From assembly GCA_023128855.1 (NCBI GenBank), contig JAGMDE010000002.1, positions 1 through 32,928 on the forward strand: DNA of 32,928 nt, in the 5' to 3' direction. How positions within the stretch are numbered: the stretch's first letter is position 1; each line of letters begins with the position of its first letter. The notes beneath the pieces were generated by a model. The model worked only from the letters and a program-made list of their open reading frames with translations. It had not been told where the DNA came from and did not search any database. The position numbers and the translations under genes were made by a program. The stretch comes from Thermoplasmatales archaeon. GTDB lineage: Archaea; Thermoplasmatota; E2; DHVEG-1. Positions 9,041-16,985 of this stretch are shown piece by piece.

Positions 9041-9165
9041 AATATTTGTTAACCTAATATCTCTTTCTTCTTTTTTTAAAAAATTTTCTGTGTACAAAAA
9101 ATGAAAAAGATATAAATCATATGCTTTTATCAATAAAAATCTGTTATATTATTAACCTGTAAATT

Positions 9166-9237
9166 GCGGGTATGATCTAGTGGTTATGATAGTGGCTTCC
9201 CAAGCCACTCACCCGGGTTCAAATCCCGGTATCCGCA
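9166..9237 (+). tRNA. tRNA-Gly (anticodon CCC), copy 1, G5 variant
   Basis: Hand-folded cloverleaf. Acceptor GCGGGTA/TATCCGC (G5-U68 wobble). D-arm ATCT-AGTGGTTA-TGAT with G18 G19. Anticodon stem GTGGC/GCCAC with loop TTCCCAA. T-arm CCGGG-TTCAAAT-CCCGG. Discriminator A. 72 nt, no encoded CCA, no intron. Confidence 0.93.
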
Positions 9238-9266
9238 TGTTACTAAAGAAAGGAGAGAGGTTGTTT

Positions 9267-11147
9267 TTATATTAGTTCTAGTAGTCTGGCAAATACTGGA
9301 AATCTATCTAGTAATCCACTAATTAATCTAAATTGAACTGGTCTGTAAACTGGTTTGTTCATTGGATCGATACCATCTTCTGCAGCAAGTGTTGGATCGC
9401 CAAATAATGACCACTCGAGCATTGTTTTCCAATCTGACATTTGAAAACCAGATGAAAATGTGTTGTAATAAGCTGAAATGCTGTTCCCCCATACATCTCC
9501 AAATATCTTTGTGCTAACAAGTTCCTCAAATGATTTGACTTCCATCCATCCAGTGGTTCTAGCTACAATATCTGTTCCGGTAGCTCCATAGCTGATACCT
9601 GATGCTGAATAAACTGCAATGCCTCCTCCGTCTTTCTTGTTAAGATTTTTCCAGCTGAAACAGGTATCTGACTCCGAGTATTTGCTATTTGAACACGACT
9701 TATAAACGCAGACAGGATATTTCATAGGGTTTATCACTAAATATAAGTCAAAATCAAGGTAGAGAAATCCTGTGTAAGGTGAAATCAATGTTTTAGCAGG
9801 AACCCAAGTTTCCTTATCTTTTGGTGGATGTGTCGCAATACTAGCCCAGCTACCATGTCCACAAAAATCAACAAAATCTACTCCGCTTCTGAAACCAGCT
9901 CCAATATTTGGCTTTGTTAAAGTCTCATCTGATGCCCATAAACGAGTTGCAGTATATCCTGGTAGTTTGGTTAATACAACTGTGTTAGCATATTCACCTT
10001 CATTGATACTATCCCCAGTAAAAGAATCTCCCCCCATTTGAAGGATCTTATTGATCATTTTGTTGTGATCTTTATACCAGATTATTTTGTCTATTACAAC
10101 ATTTAATTCATTAACATTGTTACATGGAATTTTTCCAAGATAAACATCTGGATGAACGTCTATATCAGCCATATCTCCAGGAAACTCTGCAAATTTACCG
10201 TCCTCATCAACATCCCAATCTGAAAATCCCATAGTGCTATTATAGATATCTGCAAAGTAAAGATCGCTTGGGAAATAATCTTCATATTCATCAGATTTAA
10301 TCCATGCCTGTCTTACCGGAAATATCTCTTCACCTTCAACACCAGCACCAATAAGAATTACGTATGTAATACCCCATGTTTCAATTGCATCTTTAATATA
10401 GAATTTTATATCTTCTTGCTCGTCAACACCAACACCAGATGGGATTTCATCAAGTGTTACCATAACTGTATTAACTGGTGGAGACAAATCATTTTTATAA
10501 TTAACTAGTCGTTGTAATGCTCCCTCAAACTCAGTTGGTGTTAATATCAACAGGTCATACTCACTAGGAAAAGTAATAGGACTTGCTGGTGGTGTGTAAT
10601 CTACTTTAATTGTAACAAGTTCTGAGTATAAAATTAAGTTTTCCTGTGGTTTATATTGGATCGGTTGAATTGGAATAGTAAGAAAAATAACTCGTTCTCC
10701 ATCCTTAAGTCCAGCTCCAGTTCTGTAACCATATCGTTGTTCTGGATAGATGTCAATACCTAAATATGAAATTTCTTTTTCAGAATTTTTTACATTCATC
10801 GTAATTATAGAATCCGGGTATACTTCGGGTGAGAGTCTAACAGGCTTAGAAATTTTCTTTTCGATAGTATTAGAAAACGTGACCTCAACATTATCAATTA
10901 TTGTTCCTAACGGAAAAGTATAAACTTTTGTAACAACCGGTAATGTTGGTTTACCTGTTTCCCAAGAATTAGTTGTAGCTTCTTCAAGTTCAATTAAAAC
11001 ATAATCCTGTTCTTCATTTATTATTGGTTGTGAAAAAATAATTGTTTCAGATATGAAATCTTCTTTCTCGCTTTCGTTTACGGCAACAGCTCCTAGTCCA
11101 CTAATGACTAAACTTAATAGTATTAATAATGTTATTATTTTCCTCAT
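9267..11147 (-). CDS. secreted C25-like (gingipain/clan CD-like) cysteine peptidase with FPxLxxLL C-terminal tail
   Basis: I prefer the ATG at 11147 (GGAGGC SD 8 nt upstream, signal peptide MRKIITLLILLSLVISGLGAVA). Motifs YVILIGAG, DLYFADIY, a His motif FCGHGSW and a downstream KSCSNS Cys candidate. Tail FRLISGLLDRFPVFARLLELI. The family call rests on motif resemblance only. Confidence 0.55.
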   Translation of the reverse strand: MRKIITLLILLSLVISGLGAVAVNESEKEDFISETIIFSQPIINEEQDYVLIELEEATTNSWETGKPTLPVVTKVYTFPLGTIIDNVEVTFSNTIEKKISKPVRLSPEVYPDSIITMNVKNSEKEISYLGIDIYPEQRYGYRTGAGLKDGERVIFLTIPIQPIQYKPQENLILYSELVTIKVDYTPPASPITFPSEYDLLILTPTEFEGALQRLVNYKNDLSPPVNTVMVTLDEIPSGVGVDEQEDIKFYIKDAIETWGITYVILIGAGVEGEEIFPVRQAWIKSDEYEDYFPSDLYFADIYNSTMGFSDWDVDEDGKFAEFPGDMADIDVHPDVYLGKIPCNNVNELNVVIDKIIWYKDHNKMINKILQMGGDSFTGDSINEGEYANTVVLTKLPGYTATRLWASDETLTKPNIGAGFRSGVDFVDFCGHGSWASIATHPPKDKETWVPAKTLISPYTGFLYLDFDLYLVINPMKYPVCVYKSCSNSKYSESDTCFSWKNLNKKDGGGIAVYSASGISYGATGTDIVARTTGWMEVKSFEELVSTKIFGDVWGNSISAYYNTFSSGFQMSDWKTMLEWSLFGDPTLAAEDGIDPMNKPVYRPVQFRLISGLLDRFPVFARLLELI

Positions 11148-11252
11148 AATTTGATGCCTCCGCATTATACATAAAGAGTGAAGTATATAAATCTTTATTT
11201 TCAAGTATTTCCAGTTTAAAAATAAGTGATTTATCAAATGAGAATATGGTGT

Positions 11253-11293
11253 TTCTTAAGCCACTCAGCCTGGTCAAAATCCCGGTATCCGCA
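11253..11293 (+). pseudogene. degenerate tRNA-Gly 3' fragment (positions ~32-73)
   Basis: ttcttaagccactcagcctggtcaaaatcccggtatccgca matches the 3' 41 nt of the tRNA at 35/41 positions. The anticodon is changed CCC->CTT and the T-loop TTCAAAT is changed to TCAAAAT, so it is non-functional. The trailing tgtt matches the trailer of copy 1. Confidence 0.8.
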
Positions 11294-11330
11294 TGTTTAT
11301 TAACTAATTAATTTATTAAGGGAACGCGAG

Positions 11331-11888
11331 GTGATTTCGTTGAGTCTATATATCTCAGATAAGATAAAAATGATAAATGATAATTTGTTAAAAGGTTTAG
11401 ATGGTAAAGACATTGAATCTCTCGAGGCTGCCAAGCCTCCTCTTGAACAATTGACTAATCATATTAGGGAATCTCTACAAGGCAATCTACGTGAATCTGT
11501 TAAAGAGCTTATTAAGAGATTAAAGAGAGATGATCAAATAACTGGTGAGGATTTAAAAACAATTGAGAAATGGATGGTTGGGGATGCTGAATACTATACC
11601 AAGATTGAAACCAATTTTCAAGATTGGGTTAATGAGTGCAAACGATTAAGCAATCTAATAGGTGGTTATAGTTCAGAGACTTATATTGAAAATGAAAGTT
11701 CGTTGTTCACCCTCAATGCTTTATTAATAGATTTGAAATTTACTTTGGAAGATGTAATTCGTTATGTTAGTTTCTCAAACCGAGTTAAGAATTTCATGAG
11801 ATCTGCTAGCTCGGGCACAATTAGCAGCGAAGATAAAAAAGTATTAGCTGACTTAATTGAGCGGCAATTATATTCTGAAGATTTCTGA
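11331..11888 (+). CDS. hypothetical cytoplasmic helical protein
   Basis: Long ORF with no signal peptide and no motif I recognise. The start is ambiguous: GTG 11331, in-frame TTG 11340 just after GAGGTGA, or ATG 11370. It lies between the two tRNA-fragment-bounded blocks. Confidence 0.55.
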   Translation: MISLSLYISDKIKMINDNLLKGLDGKDIESLEAAKPPLEQLTNHIRESLQGNLRESVKELIKRLKRDDQITGEDLKTIEKWMVGDAEYYTKIETNFQDWVNECKRLSNLIGGYSSETYIENESSLFTLNALLIDLKFTLEDVIRYVSFSNRVKNFMRSASSGTISSEDKKVLADLIERQLYSEDF

Positions 11889-11999
11889 ATATTTACGTGA
11901 AGTCATTCTAAATTCTCTTATGAAAAAGAAAATTGAAAAACAGTATGCTCCAACGTAACAGATTTTAAAAACAAAAATCATATTTATCTCCTTACTTTT

Positions 12000-12023
12000 G
12001 CGGGTATGATCTAGTGGTTATGA
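12000..12023 (+). pseudogene. tRNA-Gly 5' fragment (positions 1-24), G5 variant
   Basis: gcgggtatgatctagtggttatga matches the first 24 nt of the tRNA at 9166 exactly (24/24). Homology is lost from position 25. Confidence 0.85.
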
Positions 12024-12166
12024 ACAAACAAAAAGCTCGCAAAAAAAGTGGTGGGATTTTTGACTAAATTACTAAAAGCCATTTTTATTGTTCTTGGCAA
12101 ATCGAGTTTTTAAAAATATTTATATATAAAGATAACAATATATATTATACTGGTTAGTGAAAATAG

Positions 12167-13744
12167 ATGATTAGGAATAGTTTGTCTAGAAAAGGCTTGG
12201 TTCTGGGAATAATAATCTTGTTTATTGGAATAAGTGTTTTACCGAATATAAGTGGCGGCATCGGAGAAATGAACTGTGTAAACAATGATTTTGGATGTAG
12301 ATCAACCAGCTTTATACCTAATGAAAGTGTATTGGATATCGACTATATTTACAATATAACTAAAGCATTAAGTTATATTATCTTTACCGAATACAACGAA
12401 TCAGCAGGAGAAATTGCAAAAGGAAGAGCTTATGGAACTAAAGGTGAACATCGTGCCGCTAAACTATTACTTGATAATATGACTGACTTAGGGCTTTACA
12501 CCTATAAAGAACAAATAAATAATACAGAAAAATACCCATATTTAACACATGAAATTGAAATTGTTGATTATTATGTTAAAATAGACAATGAGACTGTTGA
12601 TTCTTATATTGCACCGGTATGGATCAAAAACTCTGAAAATAATCATGATTTAAATTATACTTATAATTATAGCAATTTAAAAGTAATTGAACCTCCTCTT
12701 TTTCCAAATTTATATATGATTAAACAAAAAATAAAAGGAGAATTAGAACCTTTTGTAATATTACTAAAAAATAAAGCTTTTTATAATGATGATACTATCG
12801 TAGAGTATTATCCATTTTTAAATAATTTTTATGTAAATTATTATATGATTAGAGTGAGACAGAAAATTGCTACAATAGCATATTCATGGTTATGGAATAA
12901 ACATATGGATTACTGTAAAGGGATATTATTGTATGACATGAATGATAGCTGCTATGATATGAATCTTTTAAAAAATACGAATCGTATGCCATTTATTTTC
13001 ATAAATGGAACTATTGGTAAAAAAATATTAGAGGATTGTGAAAATACTAGAATTGATTTTAAATTAGAGCAAAGATTGAATACTTCTGTTATTAGTTACA
13101 ATGTAATCGGGCAGCTAAATGCTACTGATTCAGATAGTGCAACTATAATTATTGACTGCCTTTACGATTCATGGTGGTGTCAAGGTACTGCAGATGCGGC
13201 CATCGGAATGGCAATGGTAATGGGAATTGCAAAATACTTCTGTGATAATAATATCAAGCCTAAATATAACTTGAAATTTATTGGATTTAGTGGTGAAGAA
13301 CATGGTTTTTGCGCTGGATCAAACTATTATGAAAATATACATAGCGATGAAAATATAAAATATGTTATTGACTTGAATCAACTTGGTTTTTGGCAAAAAA
13401 ACGATGAATTAACACTTAATATTATCTGTAATAAAATAGGTTTCCTAAGTGAAATATGGAAAATAGTAAAACAAGCAAATTATGGAGAAAGAGTAAATAG
13501 CTCAGATAAAGCAATGCCCATTTGGGTGAAGAATGGCGGCCCAAGTAATTCTGGACCTTTTGCTACTAATAGAAGAGATTGTAAAACAGTTTGTTTTTTA
13601 AAAGATGGTGGCTGGAAATTTCATCATAGAGACGGTTTGAACCATACAGAGGGTGATGTTTTAAAATATTTTGATCCAGAAGACGTGAATGTAACTGGCG
13701 AAATAATTCTAAACGTTGTAAAATATTTAGTGACTGATTGGTGA
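12167..13744 (+). CDS. M28-family / PA-domain peptidase-like secreted protein, paralog 4
   Basis: Signal peptide MIRNSLSRKGLVLGIIILFIGISVLPNISG. Conserved N-terminal block IIFTEYNESAGEIAKGRAYGTKGEHRAAK. Motifs GTADAAIGMA, GFSGEEHGFCAG, IDLNQLGF, HHRDGLNHTEGD. Closest to paralog 3. Confidence 0.8.
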   Translation: MIRNSLSRKGLVLGIIILFIGISVLPNISGGIGEMNCVNNDFGCRSTSFIPNESVLDIDYIYNITKALSYIIFTEYNESAGEIAKGRAYGTKGEHRAAKLLLDNMTDLGLYTYKEQINNTEKYPYLTHEIEIVDYYVKIDNETVDSYIAPVWIKNSENNHDLNYTYNYSNLKVIEPPLFPNLYMIKQKIKGELEPFVILLKNKAFYNDDTIVEYYPFLNNFYVNYYMIRVRQKIATIAYSWLWNKHMDYCKGILLYDMNDSCYDMNLLKNTNRMPFIFINGTIGKKILEDCENTRIDFKLEQRLNTSVISYNVIGQLNATDSDSATIIIDCLYDSWWCQGTADAAIGMAMVMGIAKYFCDNNIKPKYNLKFIGFSGEEHGFCAGSNYYENIHSDENIKYVIDLNQLGFWQKNDELTLNIICNKIGFLSEIWKIVKQANYGERVNSSDKAMPIWVKNGGPSNSGPFATNRRDCKTVCFLKDGGWKFHHRDGLNHTEGDVLKYFDPEDVNVTGEIILNVVKYLVTDW

Positions 13745-13792
13745 ATGTTAAATACATTTATTTTAATTCAATTTTTCATAAAACATTAAATT

Positions 13793-13864
13793 GCGGATAT
13801 GATCTAGTGGTTATGATAGTGGCTTCCCAAGCCACTCACCCGGGTTCAAATCCCGGTATCCGCA
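13793..13864 (+). tRNA. tRNA-Gly (anticodon CCC), copy 2, A5 variant
   Basis: Identical to copy 1 except position 5 (A instead of G), which gives a Watson-Crick A5-U68 pair. Same cloverleaf, 72 nt, no CCA. Both copies are preceded by taaatt. Confidence 0.93.
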
Positions 13865-13877
13865 TAGCTTATTTTAA

Positions 13878-15599
13878 TTAACTATATGGATTACGTTTAG
13901 GTCGCCAGTCGAAATTAATGTAAGGAATCTTTCTATGACCAATATGTCCTTTGATTATTTTTGGTAAGAGTCGTGGCCAGTCATCCCAGTAGTTATTTTT
14001 CCACTTAGTTAAAAAAGCATTGTAAATATATGCTTGTTTGGAGTTATTAATAAAATTGTTATTAGTGATCTGGTTTTTGTTTGATTCAGCTATTTTTATT
14101 CCTATGCTGTTGTTTCTAATTGTGTTTTTTCCATTGATGATATTACTGTTTGATGCGCCCCTAAGATAGATCCCGCATTCTCCATTATCACTTATTATAT
14201 TTCCTGTGATTTTTGAAAAATCACAGCATTGCATCTCTAAGCCAACAGCGGTATTCATCTTGACAGTATTTCCTATTATTTCATTGTTATTTATCCAATG
14301 TGCATAAATTCCTTCTCGATTATTCTGGATGATATTATCTTGTACGATACTCCAGGCATCTTCATAGGCATAATTCAAGAAAAGCCCAATATCATTATTT
14401 TGAATTATGTTATCACGAATTGTTGCATTTGATCTTAAAGTAAGGGTCTTTATCCCAGCATTAAAAGACTGATTTCCACTATTTTGGACTGTAAATCCAG
14501 ATATTCTTACCTGTGGCTCGGAGATTGTTATTACATCTCCGACACCGCCTCCATCAATTATTGTGTTAGATCTATCTTCTCCATCTATTTTGACAGATTT
14601 GTTTACAATGAGGTTTTCATTATAAGTTCCATTCATTACATAGATGGTATATCCTGGGTAGACTTCATTAATAGCCTCTTGAATGGTTTTATAAGGATAC
14701 TCCTTGGTACCGTTCCATGGTCCTGCTGTATTGTCATCATCGACATAGGCAATTGGAAATTGACCGTAAACGCCTGTCAAATAGAATGATTTCTTTTCAA
14801 TGCCACATTCACCATATTTAATATTAAACCAACCCTCGTTCTGCAATTCTGGCCCCCAACTATTTTTAATGATCCAATATCCAGGGTCATCATTATAGCC
14901 CATTATACAAACATAATGTGGGCCCCTTGCAGACCCCCGCCTATGTTGATAAATTCCTTTCTTATATAACGCGAAATCTTCATAGACGAGAAAGTAGGTT
15001 GGAACAGGTCCATTTGTAATTAGTGCAGTTTTAATAACTTCTATATCTTCTGGAAGATAATACCAATCTGAGATTTTTACAGTTCTGTTTTGCCAATCTG
15101 GAGATGTTGTGTTTAAGGGATATTGATATTTATCACGCGGATATGGCCAACATGCCTCATCTGGCATACCATGCTCTTTTAGAAATTTAGTATCAGTTTC
15201 AGGATAAGAACCCCAATCAATTACACCTCCACTAAAAAAGAACAAATGAGCCTCAGAGAGGTCACACCCAAAAGGATAACCAACTTCAATCTGAACCATT
15301 GCTTCAAGGGCAGAGGTCAAAGCAAATGATTCACAACTAGGATAGGCATATTGATTTTTTACTGGCGTCGAAAAATCAATATCACCAGGAATACCATATC
15401 CATTTTCGTCTAAATCAGCAGAGCGCCAACTAAAATATGATGGAAGATCGTCCAATGGTTCTAAATTGATGATTTTTCCTTGTTGAGTTGGTTCTTCAAG
15501 TTTTTCTGATGCAATTTTTATTCCGCTTACAACAGGAAAAATAATGCTTCCAAGTAAAAGAGTTGCAAAAAATATAGATATTAAAGTATTTACTTTCAT
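13878..15599 (-). CDS. secreted papain-like (C1) cysteine peptidase fused to a right-handed parallel beta-helix (NosD/PbH1-like) domain
   Basis: I prefer the ATG at 15599 (GGAG SD, signal peptide MKVNTLISIFFATLLLGSIIFPVVSG). C1 motifs NQYAYPSCESFALTS, HYVCIMGYND and KNSWG. C-terminal half has GTYNENLIVNKSVKIDGEDRSNTIIDG followed by repeated N-rich beta-helix rungs. No FPxLxxLL tail. Confidence 0.8.
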   Translation of the reverse strand: MKVNTLISIFFATLLLGSIIFPVVSGIKIASEKLEEPTQQGKIINLEPLDDLPSYFSWRSADLDENGYGIPGDIDFSTPVKNQYAYPSCESFALTSALEAMVQIEVGYPFGCDLSEAHLFFFSGGVIDWGSYPETDTKFLKEHGMPDEACWPYPRDKYQYPLNTTSPDWQNRTVKISDWYYLPEDIEVIKTALITNGPVPTYFLVYEDFALYKKGIYQHRRGSARGPHYVCIMGYNDDPGYWIIKNSWGPELQNEGWFNIKYGECGIEKKSFYLTGVYGQFPIAYVDDDNTAGPWNGTKEYPYKTIQEAINEVYPGYTIYVMNGTYNENLIVNKSVKIDGEDRSNTIIDGGGVGDVITISEPQVRISGFTVQNSGNQSFNAGIKTLTLRSNATIRDNIIQNNDIGLFLNYAYEDAWSIVQDNIIQNNREGIYAHWINNNEIIGNTVKMNTAVGLEMQCCDFSKITGNIISDNGECGIYLRGASNSNIINGKNTIRNNSIGIKIAESNKNQITNNNFINNSKQAYIYNAFLTKWKNNYWDDWPRLLPKIIKGHIGHRKIPYINFDWRPKRNPYS

Positions 15600-15887
15600 T
15601 TTTAATGTCTCCAAGTTATATAATATTTATAATCAAAGTCATATTTAAATTTATAGTTTTTATTTTATTTTATTTTAATAACGTTTATGATATCTGTGGC
15701 TGTGGCCTAGCTATATTGATAGTATCAATTAGTAACGAGTTCTCCGCCGTCTACATGCTTCTCGCCATTTTGTATTGATTTCTTCCATGTATCCAATGGC
15801 AAGGTATTTGTCTAAGTCTCTATTCGTGGTAAGTAAAATTTGAATTGGTGGCTTTTCTCCTGTTGGAAAGTAGCCCTTATACTAATT

Positions 15888-15913
15888 CCCTGTGTTCAAA
15901 TCCCGGTATCCGC
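15888..15913 (+). pseudogene. tRNA-Gly 3' fragment (T-arm plus acceptor 3' strand)
   Basis: The last 21 nt (15893-15913, gttcaaatcccggtatccgca) are identical to the tRNA 3' end. Two mismatches in the 5' T-stem strand lie further upstream. Confidence 0.75.
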
Positions 15914-15940
15914 ACCCATTAAAAATATAAATGTTCTTTT

Positions 15941-16789
15941 TCACTGTGGTGGTTTATAGTTATATTTTTCAATAATAAGCTTCTCTTTTTCAGCAACTAA
16001 ATTAATTGTTTCTTCGTCGTAATAGTAACTTGCTTTACTATGTTTAGAAACATTTGTTTTACCGCCGCCTCGAATCTGATTCTTTGTCTCTTCATCAAGA
16101 TCATATCCAAATTTTTCAAGCATTTGAATGAAGTCATTTTCAAGTGATTCGGTCTTTATTGTAAAATCCAAAATATTGTTGGTTTTATCGAATTTTCTTA
16201 ACTCTTCAAGAGTTTTTATACCCTTGAAGTTTTTTGTTTGAAAAAAATCCTTCATGAAAAAATAACAATATCTATAAGTCATAAGACCCGCAAATTCACT
16301 AATGAAGCTTTCAGAATACCCTTCAAAAAAATCCTTGAATCGTGAAGGATTATACATTAATTTTAACCACTTTCGAAAATTTTCTGGACTTTGATTATCT
16401 TTATATGTATCAATCCAGAGATATGTTGGCTTTTTTATCTCATTTTTTATGTGAGACCACATATCACCTAATTGAAAATTATTTGAATTATATGGGCTAT
16501 ACTTGGATCCTACTTTATATTTAAACAACTCTGAAAATTTTTGATGATCTCGGACAATTACTCTTCCACGTACTTCTCCATCATTAATACATCCAAAGGC
16601 CCATAATGAGACGTACCAATCCCAAGGGTTTCTAATAGATCCGCAAATTGACTTTTTTGTTTCAAAATTTTCAAGCCAATTATGTTTTCCGATTTGCTCT
16701 CCACCTATATGTTTAGATAACAAGGATGCTATATGTGTACAAGCAGTTTTATGCATCTGTAGGTAAATCATTTTATCTGTTACAAACAT
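15941..16789 (-). CDS. sulfotransferase (family-2-like), cytoplasmic
   Basis: KMIYLQMHKTACTHI matches beta-strand plus 5'-PSB loop, and SIRNPWDWYVSLW matches the RNPxxRxxSxY-type 3'-PB motif. No signal peptide. Confidence 0.65.
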   Translation of the reverse strand: MFVTDKMIYLQMHKTACTHIASLLSKHIGGEQIGKHNWLENFETKKSICGSIRNPWDWYVSLWAFGCINDGEVRGRVIVRDHQKFSELFKYKVGSKYSPYNSNNFQLGDMWSHIKNEIKKPTYLWIDTYKDNQSPENFRKWLKLMYNPSRFKDFFEGYSESFISEFAGLMTYRYCYFFMKDFFQTKNFKGIKTLEELRKFDKTNNILDFTIKTESLENDFIQMLEKFGYDLDEETKNQIRGGGKTNVSKHSKASYYYDEETINLVAEKEKLIIEKYNYKPPQ

Positions 16790-16869
16790 AATTTCATACC
16801 TGTTTTAACGATATTCATTATTTAATCCAAGAGGAGAATGAATTTTCTCATTATTTTTAAGCTTATGGT

Positions 16870-16929
16870 AAAAAACCATTAGATATCTATGGGTCTGACT
16901 AATTAGTCAGGATTTCTTGTCTAATTAGC
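16870..16929. repeat. left arm of an imperfect inverted repeat containing a perfect 16-nt palindrome
   Basis: aaaaaaccat (16870-16879), 13 nt, gtCTGACTAATTAGTCAG (palindrome 16895-16910), then a second box ttgtCTAATTAGc (16917-16929). Confidence 0.7.
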
Positions 16930-16985
16930 ATAAGCGCGTTAGTCAAGATTGGCTTTGCTCTTATAATCTTTTTTGCTCTTAAAGT

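Noticed and set aside
15729-15875. 48-codon open frame on the minus strand next to the tRNA 3' fragment (GLLSNRRKATNSILLTTNRDLDKYLAIGYMEEINTKWREACRRRRTRY), considered as an integrase remnant
   Set aside because: It has no start codon near its 5' end and is not contiguous with the tRNA fragment (a TAA intervenes). It carries no tyrosine-recombinase or other motif I can recognise. It may be a gene relic, but I cannot support any call.
6793-15913. Split or tri-split tRNA-Gly genes. The 5' fragments end exactly at the 25/26 boundary, one of the two split points I recall for the tri-split tRNA-Gly of Caldivirga maquilingensis.
   Set aside because: Two intact, foldable tRNA-Gly(CCC) genes are present. 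The 3' fragments have disrupted T-arms and a mutated anticodon. I also see no extended complementarity between the trailers of the 5' fragments and the leaders of the 3' fragments (only a chance ttctta/taagaa 6-mer) that could form a bulge-helix-bulge splicing substrate. They look like recombination or integration scars rather than functional halves.
6793-15913. CRISPR array or other regularly spaced repeat
   Set aside because: The repeated units are tRNA pieces of different extents, spaced 0.7-2.3 kb apart with full genes between them. There are no short constant-length spacers and no cas genes in the window.
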